The translations under genes and the position numbers were made by a program. Below, piece by piece: positions 8,647-17,600 of a stretch of DNA of 64,000 bases; position 1 is the stretch's first letter, and the number at the start of each line of letters is the position of its first letter. The notes beneath the pieces are model-generated. The model ran no database searches. It saw only the letters and a list, made by a program, of their open reading frames with translations, and had not been told where the DNA came from. The stretch is from a bacterium (GTDB lineage Bacteria; Planctomycetota; UBA1135; GCA-002686595). Where the stretch lies: positions 2,440 to 66,439 of the forward strand of contig JAAETM010000018.1 in assembly GCA_024228395.1 (NCBI GenBank). The letters run 5' to 3'.

Positions 8647-9672
8647 ATGCGCGTTCTCGTTACCGGCCACAACGGATATATCGGACAAGTCCTGGACCCC
8701 ATGCTGCAGAACTACGGCCATGAGGTCGTGGGTTTGGACACGTTCTATTTCGAAGGCTGCCAGTTTGATGAGTCTCCCGACGGGTCTTCCACGATTCGCA
8801 AGGACATTCGCGATGTGGAAGCCAAGGACCTGGAAGGCTTTGATGCTGTGATTTTTCTCGCGGCTCTTTCCAATGATGCCTTGGGCGACCTGGATTCAGG
8901 CCTGACCGTGGATATCAATAACAGCGCCACCGTGCGTTTCGCGAAGCTTGCCAAGCAAGCTGGGGTGGGACGCTTCCTGTTTTCCTCGTCGTGTAGCCTG
9001 TATGGGGCGGCGGAAGGGGACGATTTGCTCACTGAGGATTCGCCCCTGAATCCAGTGACCGCCTACGGCAAGGCTAAGATTGACGTGGAGTTGGAGCTAC
9101 GAAAGCTCGCGAACGACCATTTCTCACCCTCCTACATGCGCAATGCCACCGCCTATGGTCTTTCGCCGAGCCTGCGCATCGATCTGGTGGTGAACAACCT
9201 GACCGGGTATGCATTCACTACGGGTGAAGTGCTCATGAAGTCTGATGGCACGCCCTGGCGGCCCCTAGTGCACGTGGAAGACATTGCGCTGGCCATGCGC
9301 TGCGTGTTGGAGTCTCCCCGGGATCCGATTCACAACCGGGCTTTCAATGTGGGGCGAACCGAGGAGAATTATCAGATCAAGGACGTGGCCGCGATTGTGC
9401 AGGACGTGGTCTCGGGCAGCCAGATTACCCTTGCCGAAGGTGCAAGTCCGGACACGCGCACTTACCGGGTCAACTTCGACCGCATCAGTTATGAGGTTCC
9501 TACCTTCATGCCGCAATGGACGGTACGTGAGGGCGTGGAGGAGCTGTACAAGGCTTACAAGGAGCACGGGTTGACCGCAGAGGAGTTGGATTCATCGAAG
9601 TACTTGCGTATCAAGACGATTCTCGCGCACAAGTCCGGGGGGCGTTTGGACGACAAGTTGCGTTGGTCTTAA
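8647..9672 (+). CDS. NAD-dependent nucleotide-sugar epimerase/dehydratase (extended SDR)
   Basis: MRVLVTGHNGYIGQ (GxxGxxG) and catalytic AYGKAK (YxxxK). Start taken at ATG 8647; the longer ORF from 8548 overlaps the preceding gene. Confidence 0.8.
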   Translation: MRVLVTGHNGYIGQVLDPMLQNYGHEVVGLDTFYFEGCQFDESPDGSSTIRKDIRDVEAKDLEGFDAVIFLAALSNDALGDLDSGLTVDINNSATVRFAKLAKQAGVGRFLFSSSCSLYGAAEGDDLLTEDSPLNPVTAYGKAKIDVELELRKLANDHFSPSYMRNATAYGLSPSLRIDLVVNNLTGYAFTTGEVLMKSDGTPWRPLVHVEDIALAMRCVLESPRDPIHNRAFNVGRTEENYQIKDVAAIVQDVVSGSQITLAEGASPDTRTYRVNFDRISYEVPTFMPQWTVREGVEELYKAYKEHGLTAEELDSSKYLRIKTILAHKSGGRLDDKLRWS

Positions 9673-9744
9673 GGGCTAATTCTGTGCCGGTTTTCCTGCG
9701 CAAACGTTGGTGCTACCCAATCCATCTACGCAATGGCACGCGGG

Positions 9745-10965
9745 CTACACGACCCGAACTTCAGGGATTGGCACGATGAACTTGCCACCCCCAGCACGGA
9801 ACTCAGAGCACTGCTCCAAGACTTCGAGCTCGTAGTTCCAGGCCATCAGCAGCACATAGTCCGGTCGATCTTCAACCAAGCGGCTGGGTGGGAAGATCTC
9901 CAAGCGGTACCCGCAGGTCCAGCGACCGTGCTTGTGTGGGCTGATGTCGATGGCGTACTCCAGAGTGCCCTCAGGCAGGTTCAAGAAGTTGATCAATGTG
10001 GTCGCCATGCCGCCCGCGGCCCCGTAGGCCACGATGCGCTTGCCGCTCGCGTGGAGATCGATGAGTTGTTTGCGCAGGTCCTCGCGGATAGCACGCGACT
10101 TGTCCGCAAAATCTTCATAGAACTGGAATTGCTCTACTCCGCGCTCGACTTCCTCAGTGAGCAAAGCCTGCACGGCGGGGCTAGCTTGGCCGATGCGATC
10201 GAAGTAAACACGCAAGGAGCCACCAAAGGTATCGATGTGTTTCACATCGATGAGCTGCAATCCCGCACGCGCGAAAAGGCGTTGCAGGGATGTGGCGGTC
10301 CAGTAGGTCACGTTCGCGTGGAACATGTTGTCAAACGCCACCATGTCGACGGTGTCCACAAGGTAGGGAACCTCCAAGACGACCAGGCCATTGGGCTTGA
10401 GAACGCTCTTCACGCTGTTCACGAAATCCTTGGGGCTGGGGATCAGGTTGAGCAGATTGTTGGCGACGATTACGTCGGCTAGGTGTCCCTGTTCGACGAG
10501 TTCGCTGGCAATGTTGCAATCGAAAAGGCGGCAGTGGGTTTCGATGCCCTTCTCATTGGCTACTTTGCAGGGGCCTTGGGCGGGGTCCACGCCCAGGACT
10601 TTGGCGCCCGCATCCTTGAAAACAGCGAGTTGGTAGCCATCGTTGCTGGCGACTTCAATCACCAGGGAGTCCGGCCCCAATGGTTGACGCTGCATGATTT
10701 CATGGGCGGCCTCGTTGAAGTGCTTGACCAGGCCCGGGTTGACGGATGTGTAGTAGGGGTAGTTTCCACCCCAAAGAACTTCCGGTGATACGTCGCCCAG
10801 GATCTGAACCAGAGCGGACTCGGGACAGAAGACCAGTTTGAGCGGAAAGCGCGTGTCGTCCTTGTCCGGATCATTGGCCTCCAGCAACACGTCAGCGAGG
10901 GGGACGTTTCCAAAGTCCAGGATCGTTTCCAGGCAATTGCTGTTAGACGCGCGACATAGATCCAT
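9745..10965 (-). CDS. TylCIII-type SAM-dependent (C-)methyltransferase paralog (MT2)
   Basis: N-terminus CRASNSNC...LDFGNVPLAD (second Cys pair lost: FCPES). Motif I VIEVASNDGYQL. C-terminal block VAYGAAGGMATTLINFL...IDISPHKHGRW. ATG 10965 is chosen because the longer ORF overlaps rfbF. Confidence 0.75.
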   Translation of the reverse strand: MDLCRASNSNCLETILDFGNVPLADVLLEANDPDKDDTRFPLKLVFCPESALVQILGDVSPEVLWGGNYPYYTSVNPGLVKHFNEAAHEIMQRQPLGPDSLVIEVASNDGYQLAVFKDAGAKVLGVDPAQGPCKVANEKGIETHCRLFDCNIASELVEQGHLADVIVANNLLNLIPSPKDFVNSVKSVLKPNGLVVLEVPYLVDTVDMVAFDNMFHANVTYWTATSLQRLFARAGLQLIDVKHIDTFGGSLRVYFDRIGQASPAVQALLTEEVERGVEQFQFYEDFADKSRAIREDLRKQLIDLHASGKRIVAYGAAGGMATTLINFLNLPEGTLEYAIDISPHKHGRWTCGYRLEIFPPSRLVEDRPDYVLLMAWNYELEVLEQCSEFRAGGGKFIVPIPEVRVV

Positions 10966-10988
10966 TGAATCAGATGTACATTGGGATG

Positions 10989-11762
10989 TTAGATATTCCA
11001 AATTTGCCAGGGAGCGTGTCCCTCGGTGTGCATTTCGTGAAGGACCGTGCGGTCCTTGAAAGTGTCCATATTTTGCCAAAAGCCTTCGTACTTCATGGCG
11101 ATCAATTTGTCGTTCTTAATCAGCCGTGAAAATGGTTCCATCACGAGTTCCTCATCCTTGTTCAGGTAATCAAAAATCTCTTGCCTGAGCACAAAGTAAC
11201 CACCGTTGACCCAAAGGTCCGAATTTTTGGTTTCACGCAGTTCCCTGACCTGAGAGCCGCCGTCGATGTCGACCACGTGGAAGGAGTGGGGGGGCTTCAC
11301 GGCAACGAACCCCGCCACCGCATCGGAGCTGCTCACGGCCTCGACTATTTTGGGTAGGGGGAAGTCGGTCAGGTTGTCCGAATAATTGGCCAGGAACACT
11401 TCTTCGCCTTTGACGTATTCCTTGACGCGCCGCAGACGCTCTCCAATACAAGCGGATATGCCCGTGTCACAGAAGGTGATGTTCCAGTCGTGGATGTCCG
11501 TGTTGAGCAATTTCATCCCACCGCCCTTTTGCAGCACGAAGTCATTGGACATGTACTCGTCGTAGTTGACGAAGTAGTCTTTGATGAAATCGGCCTTGTA
11601 ACCGAGGCAAAGGATGAAGTCCGTATGCCCGTAGGCCGCATAGTACTTCATGACATGCCAGAGGATCGGCCGATAGCCGACCTCCACCATGGGTTTGGGG
11701 ATCTTGTCGGAATAGTCACGCAGACGCATTCCGAGGCCGCCGCAGAAGAGGACAACTTTCAT
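10989..11762 (-). CDS. rfbF: Glucose-1-phosphate cytidylyltransferase
   Basis: MKVVLFCGGLGMRLRDYSDKIPKPMVEVGYRPILWHVMKYYAAYGHTDFILCLGYK is the characteristic RfbF N-terminus. The length (257 aa) is typical. Confidence 0.9.
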   Translation of the reverse strand: MKVVLFCGGLGMRLRDYSDKIPKPMVEVGYRPILWHVMKYYAAYGHTDFILCLGYKADFIKDYFVNYDEYMSNDFVLQKGGGMKLLNTDIHDWNITFCDTGISACIGERLRRVKEYVKGEEVFLANYSDNLTDFPLPKIVEAVSSSDAVAGFVAVKPPHSFHVVDIDGGSQVRELRETKNSDLWVNGGYFVLRQEIFDYLNKDEELVMEPFSRLIKNDKLIAMKYEGFWQNMDTFKDRTVLHEMHTEGHAPWQIWNI

Positions 11763-11765
11763 GGG

Positions 11766-13025
11766 CTATCCGAGGATCTGGATCTCCGGAATGGGGATGA
11801 CAAATTTGGCGCCCCAATCACGAACGTAGGCGAGCTGCTTGCGAATTTCTCTTTCCAGGTTCCAGGGCAAGATGAAAATGTAGTCGGGGCGTGCCTCTTC
11901 CAAGGCCTCGGGTGGGAAGATCGGTATTTGGGTTCCCGGTGTGAAGCGACCGTGTTTGTACGGGTTGCGGTCTACTGCGAACTCGATCAGGTCAGATCGT
12001 ACGCCGCAATAATTGAGTAGGGTATTGCCCTTCCCAGGCGCGCCGTAGGCTACCACGTTTTTCTCTTCTTCCTTGGCTTGGATGAGGAATTTGAGTGTTT
12101 CGCGCTTGGATCTTTCGACTAGCTCGGTGAACTTTAGGTAGGTGCGCAGCTCTTTGAAACCAAGCCGTTTCTCTTCCTTCAGAAGCGCTTTGACCGATTT
12201 ATTGATCTCCTGCGTGCCGCTGTCATTGAGTTGGGCAAACACTCTCAACGAGCCGCCATGGGTTTTGAGCTCTTGCACATCGAACACGGTCAGGCCCTGG
12301 TTCTTCAAAATTCCTGAAAGGACTCCGAAAGAAAGATAGGAGAAGTGTTCATGGTAGATCGTGTCGTACTGAACCTGATCCATGAGGCGCGCCAAGTGGG
12401 GGAACTCCAACGTGACAACACCTTCGGGGGCGAGCAACTCTTGGAAGCCTCCCACGAAATCGTTGATGTCGGGCACGTGGGCAACCACGTTGTTGGCGGT
12501 CATCAGATCGGCGCGGCCATGCTCCTCACGCACGGCACGGGCGGTCTCGCGACTGAAGAATTGCTGCATGCTGGGCACGCCCACTTCCAGCGCGGCCTCG
12601 GCCACGGTCCATGAGGGCTCGATGCCCAGGCACCGGATCTTGGCGCGCACGAAGTTCTGCAGCAGGTAGCCGTCATTGGAAGCGACCTCCACGCAGAAAC
12701 TGTCCCGGGTCAACCCGAAACGTTCGGTCATGTCCGCGCAATACTGGCGTGCATGCTCCAGCCAGGAATCGGAAAAGGAGCTGAAGTAGGCGTAGTCGTC
12801 GAAGATCGAATCGGCGTCCACGTAGTCTTTGAGTTGGACCAGGAAACACTCGCTACATACCAGGGCGTGCAGGGGGTAGAAGATTTCGCCCTGTTCCAAT
12901 TGATCGGCGCGTAGGAAGGCCTCGCACGGGGGAGATTTCCCCAGATCTACGAAGGTGTGCTCCAGGGGAGTGGAGCAAGCACGGCAAAGAGCCTGTTCGG
13001 TATTGGTGGGAATGGGAGCATTCAT
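11766..13025 (-). CDS. TylCIII-type SAM-dependent (C-)methyltransferase paralog (MT3)
   Basis: CRACSTP...VDLGKSPPCEAFL...CSECFLVQL (both Zn pairs intact). Motif I CVEVASNDGYLL. C-terminal block VAYGAPGKGNTLLNY...VDRNPYKHGRF. Confidence 0.8.
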   Translation of the reverse strand: MNAPIPTNTEQALCRACSTPLEHTFVDLGKSPPCEAFLRADQLEQGEIFYPLHALVCSECFLVQLKDYVDADSIFDDYAYFSSFSDSWLEHARQYCADMTERFGLTRDSFCVEVASNDGYLLQNFVRAKIRCLGIEPSWTVAEAALEVGVPSMQQFFSRETARAVREEHGRADLMTANNVVAHVPDINDFVGGFQELLAPEGVVTLEFPHLARLMDQVQYDTIYHEHFSYLSFGVLSGILKNQGLTVFDVQELKTHGGSLRVFAQLNDSGTQEINKSVKALLKEEKRLGFKELRTYLKFTELVERSKRETLKFLIQAKEEEKNVVAYGAPGKGNTLLNYCGVRSDLIEFAVDRNPYKHGRFTPGTQIPIFPPEALEEARPDYIFILPWNLEREIRKQLAYVRDWGAKFVIPIPEIQILG

Positions 13026-13033
13026 GGCGGAAA

Positions 13034-14224
13034 TTAGGCAAACGCTATTTCCGGGTTCAAACCCAGGTTCCGCAGGTTATTTCGAATTTCCTGCTCGTAA
13101 ATTGGGTTGATGATGATGACCAAGTCAGGCCGATACTCAAGCAAGGCTTCGGGTGGGGAAACCACTTGACCCGTGCCAGCCACGTGTAGCCCATACTTGC
13201 GCGGATTGATGTCGACGGCGCACTGGATTGTGCGTTCCGGGTCGACCAGGTTGAGGAAGTTGATGCCGCGGGCGCCGGTTCCCCAGATGGCGACCTTCTT
13301 ACCCTGGATGTTGGCTTGCTCCAGACGGTTCTTCCAATCAACCTTGCATCGAGTCCAAGCCGCTTCAAATTCGGCAGCCCCCTTTTCGAGCTCGACTAGG
13401 TCGTCGAACTCGGGGGTTCGATCGATGGCATTGGGGTTGGTGGTGGCTTCGACGGTGACGAATTGCTTGGCGTAGGTTTCCTCGGCATAGATCACATTGA
13501 AGCCTGCCTTGCTCAAAAGGCGCGCCAAGCTTCCTGCTGAAAAATATGTGCAGTGCTCATAGATCATGTCCCAAGCTGTTTGTCGCGCTAGCGCCGGGGG
13601 GAAATTGGGAACCTCCATGACCACGGTGGTGGCATGGTCCTTGGGCAATCCGCTACGGATCATCTTGAGAAACTGCAGGGGGTCGGAAACGTGTTCCAGA
13701 ACTTGGCGGCAAACCAAAATGTCGGCGTTGATACTGAGGTCGGGGGGGGGGAAGTACTCACGCCGGATTTCGACGCGGCCTTCTTCGAGGGAGGTGGGTT
13801 GGCCCTCGTGGTAGGAAGGGTCAAAGCCCACGCCGCTACCAGCGCCATGCTGTATCATCAGACTCAGAAAATTAGCATCGCCACAGCCAATCTCGACCAC
13901 GCGCTTGCCCTTTAGCGAGTAGCGCTCGACCAGGTCCTTGGCGAAGCCCTGGAGGTATCCCTGGAAGAACTCGGAGAAGCCCAGGGAGTTTTCATATCCA
14001 TCCCCATAGCCCAAAAGGCTTTCATCGAAGAGCTGATTGATCGCCATGCCCGTTTCGGGGTCCACAACCAACTCAAAATCGCCGCGGGGAGCGTTCCTGG
14101 CGGCTTCCTCCGTGGGCCAAAGCACGCACACATGCACCGGGATGTGCGGCAAGCTGAGAAATGGGTTGGGTTGGCTACTGGATTGCATTGGGTGGAAGGG
14201 GGGGGGGCGGTTTGAGGCTGGCAT
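13034..14224 (-). CDS. SAM-dependent methyltransferase paralog of MT1 lacking the Zn-ribbon cysteines (MT4); start uncertain (14188, 14224 or 14248)
   Basis: LPHIPVHVCVLW...FELVVDPETGMAINQLFD aligns to MT1 LQGIPVHSCVLL...LELAACAHCGFIFNQLFD with the cysteines gone. Motif I VVEIGCGDANFL. C-terminal block VAIWGTGARGINFL...VDINPRKYG. The first ~100 codons of the 507-aa ORF look non-coding. Confidence 0.7.
   Translation of the reverse strand: MPASNRPPPFHPMQSSSQPNPFLSLPHIPVHVCVLWPTEEAARNAPRGDFELVVDPETGMAINQLFDESLLGYGDGYENSLGFSEFFQGYLQGFAKDLVERYSLKGKRVVEIGCGDANFLSLMIQHGAGSGVGFDPSYHEGQPTSLEEGRVEIRREYFPPPDLSINADILVCRQVLEHVSDPLQFLKMIRSGLPKDHATTVVMEVPNFPPALARQTAWDMIYEHCTYFSAGSLARLLSKAGFNVIYAEETYAKQFVTVEATTNPNAIDRTPEFDDLVELEKGAAEFEAAWTRCKVDWKNRLEQANIQGKKVAIWGTGARGINFLNLVDPERTIQCAVDINPRKYGLHVAGTGQVVSPPEALLEYRPDLVIIINPIYEQEIRNNLRNLGLNPEIAFA
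13742..13751. repeat. G10 homopolymer inside the MT4 coding sequence (C10 on the coding strand, encodes FPPPD)
   Basis: Counted directly: cGGGGGGGGGGa. Confidence 0.95.
14198..14207. repeat. G10 homopolymer at the 5' end of MT4
   Basis: Counted directly. It lies 10 nt upstream of the ATG at 14188, or inside the codons RPPPF if translation starts at 14224 or 14248. Confidence 0.95.
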
Positions 14225-14651
14225 ATTACGGGACTGGGCATGCCCCATGAAGAGACAGCTTCCCGTTTTGAAAGTCGGTTGAAATGGTGCGGTCCTTGAG
14301 AGTTTTCCAATCGCGTAGAGGGTAGCAATTGGGCGGGGTTGAAATGCGACTTCCAAAGGGCCCCGGGGCTCGCAATTCGCCCTTCGGTGGCTCCAAGGGG
14401 CCAGTATTAGGAGGCGTGGACACGCAGCGCCCAGAATGGGGCGTCGTCCCGAGGGAAGGGCATGTGGGGCTTGGATCCGCGCTATGCCAAGTCGCGTGAA
14501 CTTGACCATCACTGAACCCAACTTGGTTGTCTCTGGCTCCCCGAATCGGGGTATCATACGGCGGCTTCACTCCGCCCCTATTGTCCGCTTTTCCCAGCCC
14601 AAACCCCCCAGGCGCCAAGGCTGGAATCTCTCCACCAAGCACTCCGATTCC

Positions 14652-17600
14652 GTGAAATCACTCTCTTTCCATCTGCTCTGCCTTGGAGCTGTTCTTGGCC
14701 TTGTGGGACCCGAACAGGCCCAGGGGCAGGTAAGCCTGAACCCGAGTTCCCAGACGAGAACCCGCCGAATGGTGCAGTCTAGTGTCCAGTCCCTTCCCCG
14801 AGTGGCGTTCGAGCCCAATGTGGCGCGCGTCGAAGAAGGGGCTACTCCCCTGGCACTGAACCTGAGCCTCTCGCAGACGTCGGCATCTCCGGTTCAGGTA
14901 ACCCTGATCTCCACCGGCGAGGCGCAATTGGGCGTCGATTTCGATTTGAACACCCAGACGGTTACCTTTGCGCCGGGACAGACGACGGCACAGGTGATCT
15001 TGACCGCTCTCCCCGATGGGATCGCTGAAGGTGTGGAGACGATCGACTTGGCCCTGGGCATTCCGATCGCCTCCCGTGTGGGCGAAGGTGCGCGCCACCG
15101 ATTATTTTTGGCCGATGTGGGCGGAACGGGGTCCGGAGGCGTTTTGGTTTCGGATGACTTCGATCGCTGCGGCGGATTGTCGAGCCTGTGGTCTTTTGTG
15201 GACCCCTTGGGAGACGCCGTGGTGCAGGTGACGGGCATCGCGAGCGGTCAAGCACTTTTGGAAGTTCAGGTTCCCGCCGGAGTCCAGCACCAAGCATTGA
15301 ATTTGCTTTCTGCTCCACAGGTCTTGCAACCAATGGTTGCCGGCGACTTTGAAGTGGAAGTGGCTTTTACGGACAGCCCCGACGATGGAGAAATCTACGG
15401 GCTTCTGATCAAAGAGGATGGGCTCAATTGGTCGCGTTTCGACTTCTCTCGGAGTGGCGGCGCACTGCGGGCGTTCGCTGGCCGCACCATCTCGGGCAGC
15501 ACCACCAGGAAACTGGACACTTCCATAGCCGGAGGTGGTGCAGGGTTGTGGATGCGCGTGGGGCGCGTTGGAATCGAATACTCCATGCGCGTGTCCACCG
15601 ACGGTGTACTTTGGACCACACTCACCACCTTCTCCCACGGCATGGCGGCTTCGCAAGTGGGCCCCTACCTGGGCAATTTTGGTTCCCTGCCGGCAGCGCA
15701 GATGGCGGTGGATTATGTGTTCGATGCGGCTGCTCCAATCGTGCCGGAAGATAGCGGTATCCTGTCGAATCCGGTTCTAAACCTCATTTCAACGGGTTCT
15801 GGTAGTGCGTCAGCAATTCCCCCGGGGCCTATCTATGCCTGTGCAACCGACGTGACCCTGACGGCGGTTGCAAATCCGGGTTGGGCTTTTGATTCCTGGA
15901 CAGGGGACGTTTCCAGTACCACCTCGCCCATCGTGATCACCATGAATGGTCCCATGGATGTCACGGCTGTGTTTGTTTCCACCGTCAACCCCGCGGTGAT
16001 CTCGAATATTCAGGTCCTGCCTTCTCACCAGCATGCCGTGGTGACTTGGGACACGGACCAACCCACCGACTCCCTGGTGAACTTTGGAACCACGGCGGGT
16101 TATGGCAGCCAGGCCCAAGAGAGTGCCATGGTTTTGAACCACAGTGTGGTGTTGCCGGGACTGACGGAGCAGACCCAGTATCACTTCCAGGTGGTTTCCG
16201 TGAATGCCGGTGGGGATGTGGCCCAAAGTGCTGATGGATTGTTCACCACTATTGCAGCCTCGGTTCCCGCACTGATATCCGAGGACTTCAACGTATGTGG
16301 CGGTTTGCCCGCCGCTTGGACGTTTGTAGATGGGCCAAGCATGGATGGTAGCTTTGGTTTGCAGGGTGCGGGAACATCCGATGCGCAGCTGACGATTTCG
16401 GTTCCTGCCGGTAGCAACCATGATCCTTACGACAGCATTGAATGTCCGCGGGTGATGCAAACGATCGCGGATGTGGACTTCGAGGTCGAGGTCAAGTTCG
16501 ACAGCGAGATCGCTTTGGGTTATCAGATTCAAGGCATTCTCGTGGATCAGGATCTGACGAATTGGTTGCGTTTTGATGTCTATGGATCGCCCACGGGGCC
16601 GCGCTACTTTGCCGGTTCCAACGACGTCGGTGGAACCCAGCAATTGGCCGACGGCGCCCTGGGTGGCGTGGCTCCCTACTACTTGCGCGTTGGACGCAGC
16701 GGGGATCTGTGGACCTTTGAGCATTCCCCCGATGGCACGGTCTGGAACACGCTGGCGAGCTTCAGTAGGTCCCTCATTGTGGATCGGGTGGGGCCTTTTG
16801 CGGGCAACGCTGGCGTGAATGGGGCGGCTTCAGCCCCCGCGTTCACAGCCTTGTGCGACTACGTCTTCGACACCGCCGCGCCCATCGTCCCTGAGGATGG
16901 CAGCGTTGTCAGCGGAGGTCCCTTCACCCTGACAACCAGTGTTCCCGGGGGTGGCGGCAGCATCGATGTGATGCCGCTTTCCGCCACTTACAATTGCGGC
17001 GATTTGGTGGACTTGACCGCAACGGCAGAGTTGGGCTTCCTCTTCTCCGGTTGGTCTGGCGATCTGATCAGCCAGGACAATCCATTGCAGATTTCCATTG
17101 GTGCCAACATGGATATCTCGGCCAACTTCGCGCCGATTCCTGTTTCTCCTGTGATCTCCAATGTGCAGGTTGTGCCCGGCGATGTGGATGCATTGATCAC
17201 TTGGGAGACGGATTTGCCAAGCGATTCCCTGGTGAATTTCGGACCCACGTCGGCTTATGGCAGTCAGGCCCAGGACGGGGGCTTGGTCACGAGCCATCAA
17301 ATATTGATCACGGGACTGACCGAGCAGACCCAGTATCACTTCCAGGTGGTTTCTACCACCGCTGCCGGAGATTCTGCGCAGGGCACCGATCAGCAGTTCA
17401 CCACGCAGAGTACCGTGACTTCAGTTCTGATCTCCGACGACTTCAATGGTTGTGGGGGATTGGGTCCGTCGTGGACCTTCTTTGATTCGCCCGCATTGGA
17501 TGGGAGCTATGGCTTGCAGGGTATGGGCACAAACGATGCCCAGTTGTGGATTTCGATTCCCGGAGGCAGCGAGCACCGATCTTGGAATGCCTTGGGTGCG

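Noticed and set aside
14436-14651. ATG 14436 as the start of the giant gene, and the 100-codon N-terminal extension of the MT4 ORF (14225-14557, minus strand)
   Set aside because: The two extensions overlap each other on opposite strands. They have Arg/Pro-rich non-protein-like sequence and precede a clear signal peptide (GTG 14652) or the region homologous to MT1. They are treated as the divergent intergenic region.
15810-16724. Long antisense or alternative-frame ORFs inside large genes (for example 15810..16724-, 21551..22297-, 22310..23029-, 33744..34475-, 52105..53094-, 54660..55646-, 55707..56399-, 61311..61967-, 41922..42908+, 47473..48105+)
   Set aside because: These are typical shadow ORFs of GC-rich DNA: Arg/Gly/Pro/His-rich, without recognisable motifs, and fully embedded in genes with strong family signatures on the other strand or frame.
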